This document shows, in pieces, positions 51,001 through 62,227 of a stretch of DNA of 64,000 nt; positions within the stretch are counted from its first letter, which is position 1, and each line of letters begins with the position of its first letter. Made by a program: the position numbers and the translations under genes. The stretch is from Phoronis australis (lineage: Eukaryota > Animalia > Phoronida), in assembly GCA_002633005.1 (NCBI GenBank), contig NMRA01000154.1, positions 55,213 to 119,212 of the forward strand, written 5' to 3'. Under the pieces are notes generated by a model that had not been told where the DNA came from, did no database searches, and saw only the letters and a program-made list of their open reading frames with translations.

Positions 51001-54000
51001 AAACTGAAGACAGTACAGCGAAATGTTGCAGAACTTCGGCAAAGATTAGAACCAAAGTCCTCACACACTAATTGTTACCAAGTTCTTCAATTTTGAAGGT
51101 GTTAAAACCACAAAGCTCACATGATCATATATTCCATCAGCTTGACGTTCAAAACACTTCTAACTTTGCTGAGTAGCAAGTTGAGATGAACTTTAAGCAG
51201 CAAGTGGCATTCTTGACATCAAACTCAGTGCCTGGTTGCATGAAACAGTCCCGAATAGGGACTCAACTAAGTTCCCTAAATGTACTGCATATTTGAGGGG
51301 TTGTGAAAACAATGATTGTCCTTTCTGCTGCTGTTTCAGTTTCATTACTAACTCAATTTTTGGCTTTGATACAAATCGAGAGTGAACTCTACTTTGAATT
51401 GTCAATATAATCGAAAACCAGTCTTTTCATGCAATGCCCCTAATTAAAAGACTAAGTCCCCAATTATTATGACTAAATTAAGGGCTCAGTTTTTAGTCAT
51501 TTTATTAGAAAATGCCACCAGTCAAAGACCAAATAATAAAGATACAAATTAATGAAAAATATAACATTTGTCAGCAACAAATAAGCAAGATTTAGGCAAT
51601 ATAGTTGAGTCCCTATTTGGAATTGTTTCATGCAACTGGGAATTGGAGTCCGTTCTTTTATGTGACACTTCTTTACTAACCTTGAAGTAGGCATATTGCA
51701 CTGGAGGAGGCGTGGTAACATTGGCAAATGGGGAGAAGCGATGATTGTAGCGCACCTCTTCACTATCAAACTCAAAATCCCTCTCGGGCAGTTTTCCGTC
51801 TCGTCGAAATGCCAGCAGGGCCTGGAGAGAAATATTATTAACGGGCTTGATACGTGAAGATTCACTTCCAGATTTTCATTCACTCCTCGAATAAGGCTTG
51901 TATGTTTTTAAAATCTAATGTTTTTCATAAAACCCATCTTGTTAGTATGTTACAGGTAACACTTAGTACCTTGTACACGATTGAGCTAATAATATCTTAT
52001 CCATTCATTCATAATATTTACCATACTTTCATGATTCCCAGGTGGTTCTGGAGGCAACAATTAGTAAAGTCCTACTCAGAACCCCCGACAGCTTGAAAAT
52101 ACTCTGCACCCTTCATCTTCTGATGCAAACATGGGATTAGCTACAGACATCATTTCGCGATGACTCGAGATTCAATTTAATTACTAATTATACGCACATA
52201 CTGCAACGTTTTGCTCCACTTATCAGTATGTGCTGACGTTTGAGTAAAAAACTTTGTCACATTTTGAAATTTAAACGTCTAGAATACTCAAAATTAATAA
52301 CAAATGCACACTACATTCAATTCAATAGTGTGATTGAGAAGAGTAGCACACAGCTGCTCTGGACCCAACACTTACCTTACATAGCCACCACACAACTGTT
52401 GTAAACACTATACTTACCTTACATAGCCACCACACAACTGTTGTAAACACTATACTTACCTTACATAGCCACCACACAACTGTTGTAAACACAATACTAA
52501 CCTTAAAATAGCCACCACACAACTGCTGTAGAGCTTGTGCCAGTAAGATCTCCTTGGCATGAGGCAATATCTTCTTCTTCTTTTTATTTTTCTTGGCACT
52601 TTTACTGCCCTTTTGTTGTTCTACAGACAAGGGAGACAACACTGCAGCACAATTTGCTGGCACATCAATAACAAGAGGATAATATGTACATCACTACACC
52701 ATTGTCTGCTGATGTATCAATAACAATTGGATATGCACATCACTGCAGCACAGTCTGCTGGCATATCAATAACAAGGGGATGTGTACATGTCAACATTAC
52801 TGTCTGCTGGCATATCAATTATGAGTCTGAGATTAGACTCCCCTGGACTACAACTGCCATAAAGTACCTATATACCATCAACCCGCTCTGTACCCAAACA
52901 ATGTCAGACAGTGGCGACCTCTGTCATCAACTTATTTACCTAAATACTGTTCTCCTTCAATTAGCGTAGACTCAGCTCTCCTTAATGAGGACACTAACCA
53001 GGCGTACAGACACTCAGACAGATACCTGCAAAAACAATGTCATTATTACATAAGGCCAAAAATGTCATTATTACATGAGGCCAGACAAAACACGCAAGTC
53101 GTGTAACATCCAGTCAAGCAACTTTCAGTGTAGTATTAGATAAATCAATGACAAGTTAAACTTTTGTCACTATAATTGAAGGTGTAAACATATCGGGTAG
53201 ATACATACTTCTTTAATGTTGCACAGCAACTGATGCCAGTTCACCAATGAATATGAAATGCCGTCAATAGTAACTTGTACGGGTCCAGCATTTTGAGAAC
53301 CTGTTTGACGTTTGTTATTCAGTGGAGCAAACTGGTAATAAAATGTGGGACTCGTGTACGTTACCAAATTCCCTTACAACAAACTGTATCTAGCAGACAT
53401 ATACCTTCAATCCATTCACCAGAACACATTACAGCACACTGTATCTATCTTATTCAGTGAGGTGTGGAATATGTTGCAAGCAGTTTATCTCGTTCAATCC
53501 GCCATCTTTTTGGTCACATCACGTGACCTAACGAATATAAGTACGAAAAGATTTCTGTCCCCGACCGGGACTCAAACCCAGGACCTTCTGCTCACTGTGC
53601 AGACACTCCAACCACTGACCCATCAGGACCACCAGTCAAACACAGAAATCCAGTAGTGGGCATCTTACCCATGATCTCTATTGTGTGTAATTCCGTGAGG
53701 CGTGGAATGTGTTGCATTAAGCAGTTTATCCCGTTTATCTCAGTAGACATATACCTTCAATCCACTCACCAGAACACATTACAACACACACTATACAGAC
53801 TCCACTCACCAGAACACATTACAACACACTGTATACAGACTTCACTTACCAGAACACATTACAACACACTGTATACAGACTCCACTCACCAGAACACATT
53901 ACAACACCCTGTATACAGACTCCACTCACCAGAACACATTACAACACACTGTATACAGACTCCACTCATCAGAACACATTACAACACACTGTAAATAGAC

Positions 54001-57000
54001 TCCACTCACCAGAACACATAGAGATATTCATGCATAGCATACAACTCCAGCTCCAGGCCAGACAACACAAAGTCTATCATGGCTCTCAGAAGGTGATACA
54101 GGGCCCAGGTACCAAAACACGCAAGATGTTGACGACCTGGTTCAGACTTGGCTAGTGCAGAGTGGAGGAAAGCATCAACTTTGTCAGCCTGTAGACACAA
54201 AGACACGATGATTTGTACGTTTGCCCAATAAGACTTGGATGGATATTATGTTTTAGTGACATCACCTGCCAGTAAGCAGCCTCAGAAATATGGCTGTCAA
54301 GAAACAATTAAATAGCAAAACAACTGTACAATTATAGCTAACATTTGGCAAAACAGTGCTCTAGTGAACTGTGTCCATGGTAACATGCACGTATGTTCAA
54401 AATACTGGTAAAAATAACGAGCCTCAAAGTGTACAGACTTGTTTATTGTCAAGACATAAAAGAATTGACAACATCAACAACCAGTGCTATTCAGACTGAA
54501 AAACAAGATGTTAATTTTCAAATTTTTAAAATTAAATTAAACTTAAAACCCCGGAGCAGTAATATCATAAAATAAATGTAAAACAGTCCTACAGTCTACA
54601 ACATGCACATCTTCAAGCCATACCGTCCCAAGTTGAGAGGAGATGTTTAAACTATGTCATGTCTATATACACTTCACTAGCACGGTGGTATTTAGGCACT
54701 ATCATTTGTGGAGTATTATACAGAATGACTGAATATGGAGAGCAGAAAACTGTGACATCCATTATTTTACTGTTAAAATAATGTCACTGAATACACAGAG
54801 CAGTGGACTGATACGTGGATTATACTGGCTGGGGTTCCCCAATATCTAAGTCAGTTAAGAACTGAATATGAAAACAGTCCATACAAACACGACATTCAGC
54901 AGACTGTGTGTAGAAAAATGGTCATTTCTATGGAACGAGTAACGCAATATAAGTTTCGTCGATGCTTTTCAAAAACGAACTGGACATTATTTCACATACC
55001 ATGAAAAAAAATCACAAAGTTTAGAGCTTGAGTAAGCCAGCAGCTGTCATTTTAGCATCCAGCCAAAACTTCCACAATAGTACCAACTGGGGAACTAGCA
55101 TAATAGAGACCAAAAACAATGAAATAATGAACAATTTAAGGCGACACTTTTTCTACAGTAATCTAAGACTGTTAATCATAATTATAAAAAAGCATTTCGA
55201 CAAAATGATCTCACCAGATTTGTACAACATTTCTAAATTTCAGCTCCCTCAACAGTCAGCATCACCAGCCGAGTGTTATCACCATGTCTTGCTCACAAGT
55301 GATAACGACAATACTGGAGCACAATTGAGTCAGTCAACAGTTATACTTCTCACCTCTTCCTGAAGTGCAGAGAGCTCCTCCAGAAGTCTAGCACGACTCT
55401 CGCGCTGACGGGCGCGGTTATGACCTGTCAGTTGGAACAGCGAGCACATGGGTCGCACAGCGTGGAAGAGTAAAGCATCTGTGTAGTCCTTGGCTTGTGC
55501 ATTGTTGGCTAGGGAACATCTGAAGTGAGGGAACATATAGGTATGTGAACATGTGAACACGTGGCAAGGAAAAATGGAGGTCAATAGTCCTCAATTTATA
55601 ATACTTGGGTAGCACATTTTTAACTTAGAAAAAATATGCAAAGAAGGAGAATTTTGATGGTGAATCTCCAGAATGAAAATGTGTGTTGGGCTTTTGACCA
55701 ACGGAAAAACAGCATTTATTCGATTATTTCTCCAAAGTTGAAGAATCTTTACGTAGCTTATCAAGAATTAAATGAAATGTACACTATAGTAGTATTAAAC
55801 AAACAAGTTAAACTTTCCATTTAAAACAGGCTGAAATTTGTTGGAAATTTTAGTATTTCTCACTGTCCCTTACCAATCAATAAGCAAACAAATCATTTAC
55901 ATTTTAACTCTAAACTATTGAGTACTTTTTGATGACTTAAATTAATCATGACGCTGTAAATATAAGTGACAAAGTGTTGCTCAATCTTCACTTGAGAAAC
56001 ACAGGAGGAAAAACACTAGTCAACAAGAAGATCGAAAAGAAGTTGAAAACAAGTGAAGGCTGAAGGCGGAATGAAATGGTTCAATGATCTTGATTACACA
56101 ATCATTTCACTGTGAGGCGTGCACGCCTCGTCCTTCTCAGTCAAGTTATTAATGCGTTACGTTACCACAACCACTACATGCGCCTACTTGTGGGACAACA
56201 CTGGAGGACTGATGAACGCACGAACTGTCTCACGCAGGACGTCGACAAACGGCTCTTTGCCAAACACTTTGCGGCTCTGGCAGAAGTAGGTCAACTGAAG
56301 GACTGAACGCGACAAGATGCTGGGTTGTGACTTGCTGAATTCCATGAAGAAGTCCTGCAACATAGAGTTGTGTGGCTGTTTGGTGACAGGTTGAGGTCGC
56401 TGGCATATGATTACCAATGTTTCAGACTTTCTGGGGCATCTATCAAAATTTGCCACGATTATTGACAGAGAATGAAAGGACAGGTGGCTTTAGGGATTCT
56501 TTGAAAATAGATTTTTAATTTTTTACTGTTTCATTCATCTAATACGTGCTTGTCTGCAAAACGAAAACACTAGATGCCTGAAGTACCTAGATTAAAGATC
56601 ATGATTCGTTAAGACATATAACACAAAAACAAAGGTTTGATTTGAATTTTAACTGTTTCATTCGCCAATCTCAGATCCAGAAACTTTTAACACCCTGGGC
56701 ATTTACCAGGATGACTACGGTTATTGCACGGTGGTCAGAGACTCACCAGGGCTGTGTGAGCATTAGTGCATTCTGTTATCTGACACACCAGCTTGAGTTC
56801 CTCAACGAGCCTCTTCAAGTAGGCAACAGTGTCGCTAGTAGACTGGATTCTTGTGTACCGTGGAAACGTGGGAGGAAGTAGACGTTGATTGGCCAGCGGC
56901 TCGAACCCCATGACCAAAGGGTAGTCTAAAACAAGAGAGACAACTGTAAACATCACTCGCATAAATATGGAGTTCTGCTTTCTTTCAATGATATTTTAAC

Positions 57001-60000
57001 AAAATATTATTCATTATCTTTGAATAGTTTCACTCGGCGTAACAGTTATTTATTTAGAACAATGAGATATGTAATAGATATATAAGTATGCTTTACACTG
57101 CGAATCAGTTAGTATTACTAATCATTTCTAAAAATAAAAATCCCAAAATTGCACCATGATATAATTAAGCATATGCACACTTGGCCTGTTTTCAGTCAAA
57201 CAAACATTTTAAGGCTTGCACCTTTCAACACTACAGCACATACTACAGACTTGAGGCGGCTTTAAACCACGCACCATCACAAAAACAGTCGGACTGTTAT
57301 GAAATTGGTCTCAAATTGTTCCTTTATCAAACTGGAAATGATTTCATGGCTTCGAAAGAACAGGAAATCTGCTATTGCTTGAGAACACACTCTATGGGTT
57401 AGTTTGTCATGGCGTGTTGTTTGAAAGCAGCATACGTGGTCTCAAGGAATAACAAACTGTCAGTTCTTTGCAAACCCAGTATTAAGTCGAGATCAATTTT
57501 ATATCTGTAAGTTGTCTAAATTAAAAATTTGCTTTTTGGATGGAACACGTCTTTACAGCCACTTTAAAGCAAGCCTGGTGTATCAGGCTACTCATAGGAT
57601 GTTATATAGCTAAATCATTTACTAAAAAGCATAAAAGTCTGGCGAGTCCGACGTTTCCGCCTTCTCTCTAAGGGCCTTGTTCACAGACTGGATTTCCTGC
57701 GGCAGGTTGACCTGGTTTTAGAATGAAGTCGTACACTGCTGGGAAGCTGTAACACTCGATCACTGTTCAAATTGAGGCATCTGGTTCTAATGTAGACAGC
57801 ATCCTTGACCTTTCTTGAGTAGCAGCCGTGTACAACCTCAATCTAAAACCAGGTCAACCTGACGCGGGAAATCCAGTCAGTGAACAAGGCTCTTAGAGAG
57901 GACAGAAACGTCTGACTCACCAGACTTTCATGCTTTTTTTGTAAGTGATTTAAGTATTTAACATCATATCTGGAAAGAATTGAAAATCATTTTCCATCAC
58001 ATTACTCATCGCACGTTCTATAGTTAAAGGCCAACTGCCTGGTAATCACCAAATAAAGTTAGAATGAAACACAGACACCCACTTATATTTAGGTTTTAAT
58101 TAAACCCCTACCACGTTTCTTGTCCTCGCCACCAGATGACACTGTTGGATGGATTGTTGAGGCCATCACCTGCAGATGTTCCTTCAGCCCCATCAACAGA
58201 CGTAGGGCATCGGGCACGCCCTGACACTGGTGGAAATATGGACGCCAGGATAAAGTTTCAGTATCGAGGAGACAATAAATTTCCGTAACGCGATTCACTG
58301 TTTAAGGTTATGACCTTAGAAAAATGCTCAATTTTGGCCAACTTCAGAACATCATGTCTCAGAAGGGGACTCACATGAAACTTTCAGACACTATGCTTTA
58401 TGCCCTGTCCTCCAAAACACTGCTAGAAATTGTTCTCAAAATGGTCCACTTTTGACATAGGGACTATCAAAAATACGAAAGAAATTTAATGTTGCATAAA
58501 ACGAAAACAAAAGGATAAATTAGAAAACAGTAACGGCGTTTTTTAGCTTTTATCTTTTATTATACAAAATTTGACCATTTAATTGATCCTGATGTTGGTT
58601 AGACGAGCTTATTAATGGCAGATTGGATTAATGTCAACAATCAGATTCCATGGAATTTCCGCCCTCAGAAAATATAAACTTTAATTGCTTCTTTAAATTC
58701 TATAGCTTTGTAGACATTCAGCTAAATGACTGTACAGACCTGCCAATAACGTTCTACAGAGTCTTAGTGTGATTACTCCATAATGAGAATACACCCACTT
58801 TTCATGTTGTCAACCAAGTCAGAAATATTCACCTCGTTGTCAGTTTCAATATTTATGGCCACACAATTTAATTTGTTTTTTAAGACTCGGTGCAGGCAGG
58901 CGCCTGTTGTACAAACAAATACTTAAATTAAACGAAGTTCGTAAATCATCTTATCTTAGTACTTTACATTTAATTAATTTCGAGAAAATGTAAACATCTG
59001 TGATACAGATCATTCAATCCTCCAACATATGCTACTATACTTGTTTCTTCCTCCTTGTAATGACATAGTGCATCTCAATTTATGCATAGACAAAGCCACA
59101 CATACAGGTGTAGGGGCCAAACTGTACATAACATAACGCCCAATTATGTATGAGTGTGCACTTTGTCTTTAAAGGGCTAATTCCTCACTATTAAGTCCCT
59201 AAACATGAAAAACATGAAATGAGCAAACTAGCCCCAACTATGAAACTAAGATGGTCATTGCATTCTAGGAAATAAATTGATGGGTCACCTGCAATTGATA
59301 TGAAAAGAAAAGTTCAGGCAAAGTAGGTCAACTGGGTCAAAATGTAATTTGTGTCAAAAGTAGAGGGTACGGAGTAAATCCTATAAATGTTTGTTACCTT
59401 CTCCTTTGAGAATGCCACCAAAGAGGCAAAGAGCCCACGACACACCTTGAGTCTGCTGTGCACAGCACTGGCGTAATTGTGCTGTAAAGACAAGTGGTGA
59501 ATACTGCGTTACAGTCAGTCATCCCAAACTGTCAAACAAAACTAATCACTAGATGCGTATCACTGTGACGTAATGGAAGGCCAAAACATGACACAATTCT
59601 TTTGGTCTGTGTTTTTTGAGAATTGAAGAGGTATTTTTGGTAAGTCAGATATAAAATACCCGAGCATGTTCTATTCGACTATTGCCGTATTTTTAATAGC
59701 ACATTTTTTTTCAAAAAGTTACCAGAACTGAGCTGAAGTGATGTGAGGATTTTTTGTCCATTTTTCTTTTAGCTTCAGCCATTTGTGGATGAGCATATTC
59801 TTACTTGTGATAACGTCACAAAGCTGTCAATCACTCTGTTAAAGAACTACTTTCAAGTTAGTAAATAAATTTGTGTTGCTTACGAGAAACAGATGCGGGC
59901 TGAATTTTTTTCTTTAAATAGTGAGCCACAAGAACCAAAAAAAGTCGGGCACAGACCAGAACTGCTGATGAAGCTTTTTGGCCTAATCATAATTTTTGAT

Positions 60001-62227
60001 TTTGAACTGACTGTTACTATTATGCAATCGTGACATCTTCAGGGAGAACACCTCACTACAAGATAGCCCCCATGTGTCTTCACATTGTCTTATCTTGGCT
60101 ACCAACAGTGAATGCACACGATGAGCTATTGAAAGTTCTGCAAATGAAATCAACACGTTATGAATTCAATGAGGATTAACAAAAATTAATTAGAACCTCT
60201 TTTTCTGTGTCCGAATCCCTGGTCTCTCCCTGTTTTGGACGCGTTGCCTGCAATACAAATATTGAAAGAATGACTATTACTAAAAATACTCAAACTGCAG
60301 GTTAGACCATCATGAACTTTGTCACAGATAAAAGGACAACAGTAAAACTACTTTCTAATGTCTAATGAGAAATCATTCTCTATGCCATAACAACAGAGCA
60401 CTGCTTTCCAATGGGTCATGAATATGAAGGCCACAAGAATGAACATGAAAGCTGACAGACTAACACATGACATCTCTTACCAGCTTCAAAATTCTTGCGA
60501 AATGCTGAACATTGAACAAAGTTAAAACCACTAAAAGCACGGTTCAGCTCTCACAAAGGGTCAACACAATGCCCTCCACATTCAATCAGACAGTTTGAAG
60601 TTTCATTAGCGAGCTATTTTGTTAATACTTGACTATACGTATTTTCTTGTGTATATATCAAGTGCTGGAGAGTGACTGGTTGCCAAAGCGCCACATACGG
60701 TGTTAGTTTTCAAAAAAGTTGACTAAACTAGAATCATTTGCATCAAAATCCAAGGAAAATATAGCATTCAAAATGTCCAATAGAGCATCATAAAGTTTTG
60801 GGTTCTCGCCATAACTCTGATTAAAGCCAGGCCGAATTTGTGGTCAATACTCCTATGACACACACTAGCGCCCTCTACCTTCACAATGCGGTGCACTTCC
60901 TCTTCAGCCTCCCTCACCATACCCATTGCCCTGTTGTCGCTGACGTCGCTGGCAAATTTAAACCCATAGCTCATAGGCTGGAAGTCCTCCTAAAGTAAAC
61001 AACCCACCATCAGTATCTATGCACATCAAGTAAAGGCACCCTCGAAAACGCTTGTGAAAGGTGAACACCAATGTTGCTGTGTTTGGAAATGTGCTGCCGA
61101 TTAAACCAATTTATACATTTGCACAGGCAAAACATTAAAAACAAGATGTTTGCACACGATAAAATAAAATTTGTAACAAAAATCCTTCTTTTTGAGGACT
61201 CGAAAGATCCTTTAATTACCAAAAGCATTAACACAAAGTACTGACAACACGCAAACATGTCGACTGGTAAAACAAAATGGGGCATGGCAACACAAAGGTC
61301 ACGCAACACGCATCATATCATCATAGCACTGCTTGGTAACGCTGACAATACGGGTTTAAAAAGTTGTCTTAAATCTGGAATTTTGAACAGTTTAGACCAG
61401 GCTTTTCTACTAGTAAGTATATCATGAGGTAGCTTTCTAATTTTCTAGTCGAAAACTTGGTGAATAGTCAAATTAAACATTTCCAGCTAATCTGCAGATT
61501 TGAAACTAATTTTCTTTTCAGTGTCTGCAACTTCTTACAAAGCTAGATGTCAAATTGTTTTCAAAACAACTACAGCGACGTTTCTGCTGTTAACAGAGAT
61601 TTCAGCTTTCTGTCGCAGAAATGGAAAAATAGAGAGTCAGCCTACCTCTTCAAATATCGAAGCTCTGTTCACACGGTCTCTTGTGATATCGACAGTCTTT
61701 AGGTAACAGATGGAGAATGCTTTCAGTACAGGACTCTCAATGAGATATGGCTTCTGCAGGTAAAGGTTGGTGAACACAGTCTGCGCCAGTGAGTGACCTT
61801 CTAACCACGTCACCTGCAGTAGTAAGAGACTAACCTGACCTCTCAAGTTTGTGTATCATTTTCGTCACAGAAGATAAACCACGTGTAGTTTACTATTTTC
61901 ATATTTTCTGTCCTGTTTGTACCATGTCATAATAATTTTAAAATGTGCGGGTCAGAAACCCTTGGAAAATGAAATAGGGACAATCTTGGTATCATACCTT
62001 AGTCAGAAAGTGCCAAGATTTCACTGTATACAGCACTTACAAAGCAAGCCAGAGAGGCATCTATGATGGAGATCAGCTCCTTCCATGTGAACTCCTTGGC
62101 CTTCAGCGAACCATTATTGATGCCATCCTCCAAAGTCATGACCCGGTCCCTTGAAACAGGTGACATTCCAGCATCCATCTTGGGGTCCATCATCTCAATG
62201 GCCGACATGGCTTCAAACAGACCAAAG
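48004..62227 (-). CDS. NAA35: N-alpha-acetyltransferase 35, NatC auxiliary subunit (MAK10); 16 coding exons, 5' exons not identified in the window
   Basis: Exons 62227-62041, 61813-61646, 60989-60879, 60247-60197, 59481-59398, 58226-58112, 56925-56747, 56354-56188, 55519-55354, 54188-54010, 53025-52940, 52620-52502, 51821-51681, 50906-50784, 50306-50226, 48063-48004; all GT-AG and phase-consistent; hallmark peptides [98 protein letters not shown]. Confidence 0.96.
48136..49520 (-). mobile_element. Older full-length HINE-like copy in the last NAA35 intron
   Basis: Ends AACAAGGTGGAGCGTGGAAATGCACC and ATGTGTGGTCCCATAA match 27224/28977 termini; CTCF-type motifs at 48327, 48430, 48861, 49022, 49117, 49382. 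Confidence 0.7.
49940..50138. mobile_element. ~200-bp foldback MITE
   Basis: Inverted arms GTGAGCCTCTTTTTAGGTTTAAAAACAATGCATT / AATGCATTGTTTTTAAAACCTAAAACAGAGGCTCAC. Confidence 0.7.
50226..50306 (-). CDS. NAA35: NAA35 exon [27 protein letters not shown]
   Basis: Conserved peptide. Confidence 0.9.
50784..50906 (-). CDS. NAA35: NAA35 exon EATDLSQL...[17 protein letters not shown]
   Basis: Conserved peptide; GT-AG. Confidence 0.9.
51231..51639. mobile_element. ~410-bp MITE with ~38-bp TIRs
   Basis: CTGGTTGCATGAAACAGTCCCGAATAGGGACTCAACTA / TAGTTGAGTCCCTATTTGGAATTGTTTCATGCAACTGG; other copies at 2.3 and 36.1 kb. Confidence 0.85.
51681..51821 (-). CDS. NAA35: NAA35 exon [10 protein letters not shown]...RYNHRFSPF...YFK
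   Basis: Conserved peptide. Confidence 0.93.
52370..52526. repeat. 42-bp tandem repeat derived from an NAA35 exon end + splice donor
   Basis: Donors at 52501, 52459, 52417, 52375, exactly 42 bp apart. Confidence 0.9.
52502..52620 (-). CDS. NAA35: NAA35 exon [17 protein letters not shown]...CGGYFK
   Basis: Conserved Lys-rich segment. Confidence 0.9.
52640..52820. repeat. Degenerate ~50-bp intronic tandem repeat, ~4 copies
   Basis: Recurring CTGCTGGCATATCAATAACAA. Confidence 0.65.
52940..53025 (-). CDS. NAA35: NAA35 exon [18 protein letters not shown]...
   Basis: Conserved peptide. Confidence 0.9.
53558..53628 (-). pseudogene. tRNA-like sequence (pseudo-tRNA or SINE head)
   Basis: TCCTGAT/GTCGGGGA acceptor-like stem, TCTGC/GCAGA anticodon stem, degenerate T loop GTTTGAGTCC; non-canonical anticodon loop ACAGTGA. 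Confidence 0.55.
53761..54019. repeat. 40-bp tandem repeat derived from an NAA35 exon end + splice donor
   Basis: TCCACTCACCAGAACACATTACAACACACTGTATACAGAC, ~6.5 copies, last one overlapping the true TG|GTGAGT junction. Confidence 0.9.
54010..54188 (-). CDS. NAA35: NAA35 exon ADKVDAFLH...QHLACFGTW...MHEYLYVF
   Basis: Conserved peptide. Confidence 0.95.
55354..55519 (-). CDS. NAA35: NAA35 exon [11 protein letters not shown]...GHNRARQR...LQEE
   Basis: Conserved peptide. Confidence 0.93.
56188..56354 (-). CDS. NAA35: NAA35 exon [17 protein letters not shown]...SPPVLSH
   Basis: Conserved peptide. Confidence 0.93.
56747..56925 (-). CDS. NAA35: NAA35 exon [24 protein letters not shown]...
   Basis: Highly conserved peptide. 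Confidence 0.95.
57611..57952. mobile_element. Inverted pair of Penelope-like terminal repeats with minimal hammerhead ribozyme motifs
   Basis: ~130-bp inverted arms; each has stem I-GTGAACA-stem II-GAAACGTC-stem I (57875-57917 on +, 57645-57689 on -). Confidence 0.65.
58112..58226 (-). CDS. NAA35: NAA35 exon [11 protein letters not shown]...EDKKR
   Basis: Phase-consistent with neighbours. Confidence 0.8.
59398..59481 (-). CDS. NAA35: NAA35 exon [28 protein letters not shown]
   Basis: Conserved AV.SR.K..R....L.AF.K pattern. Confidence 0.88.
60197..60247 (-). CDS. NAA35: NAA35 exon [17 protein letters not shown]
   Basis: Resembles vertebrate STRSRQGEERDPEVELE; 51 nt. Confidence 0.85.
60879..60989 (-). 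CDS. NAA35: NAA35 exon [11 protein letters not shown]...HRIVK
   Basis: Conserved peptide; GT-AG. Confidence 0.92.
61646..61813 (-). CDS. NAA35: NAA35 exon [11 protein letters not shown]...SIFEE
   Basis: Conserved peptide; 168 nt, phase 0. Confidence 0.95.
62041..62227 (-). CDS. NAA35: NAA35 exon [21 protein letters not shown]...SLACF
   Basis: Mak10 signature; TGTAG acceptor, GTAAGT donor. Confidence 0.95.

Noticed and set aside
53558-53628. Functional tRNA gene
   Set aside because: No U33 in the anticodon loop, degenerate TTC in the T loop, several G-U pairs in the acceptor stem.
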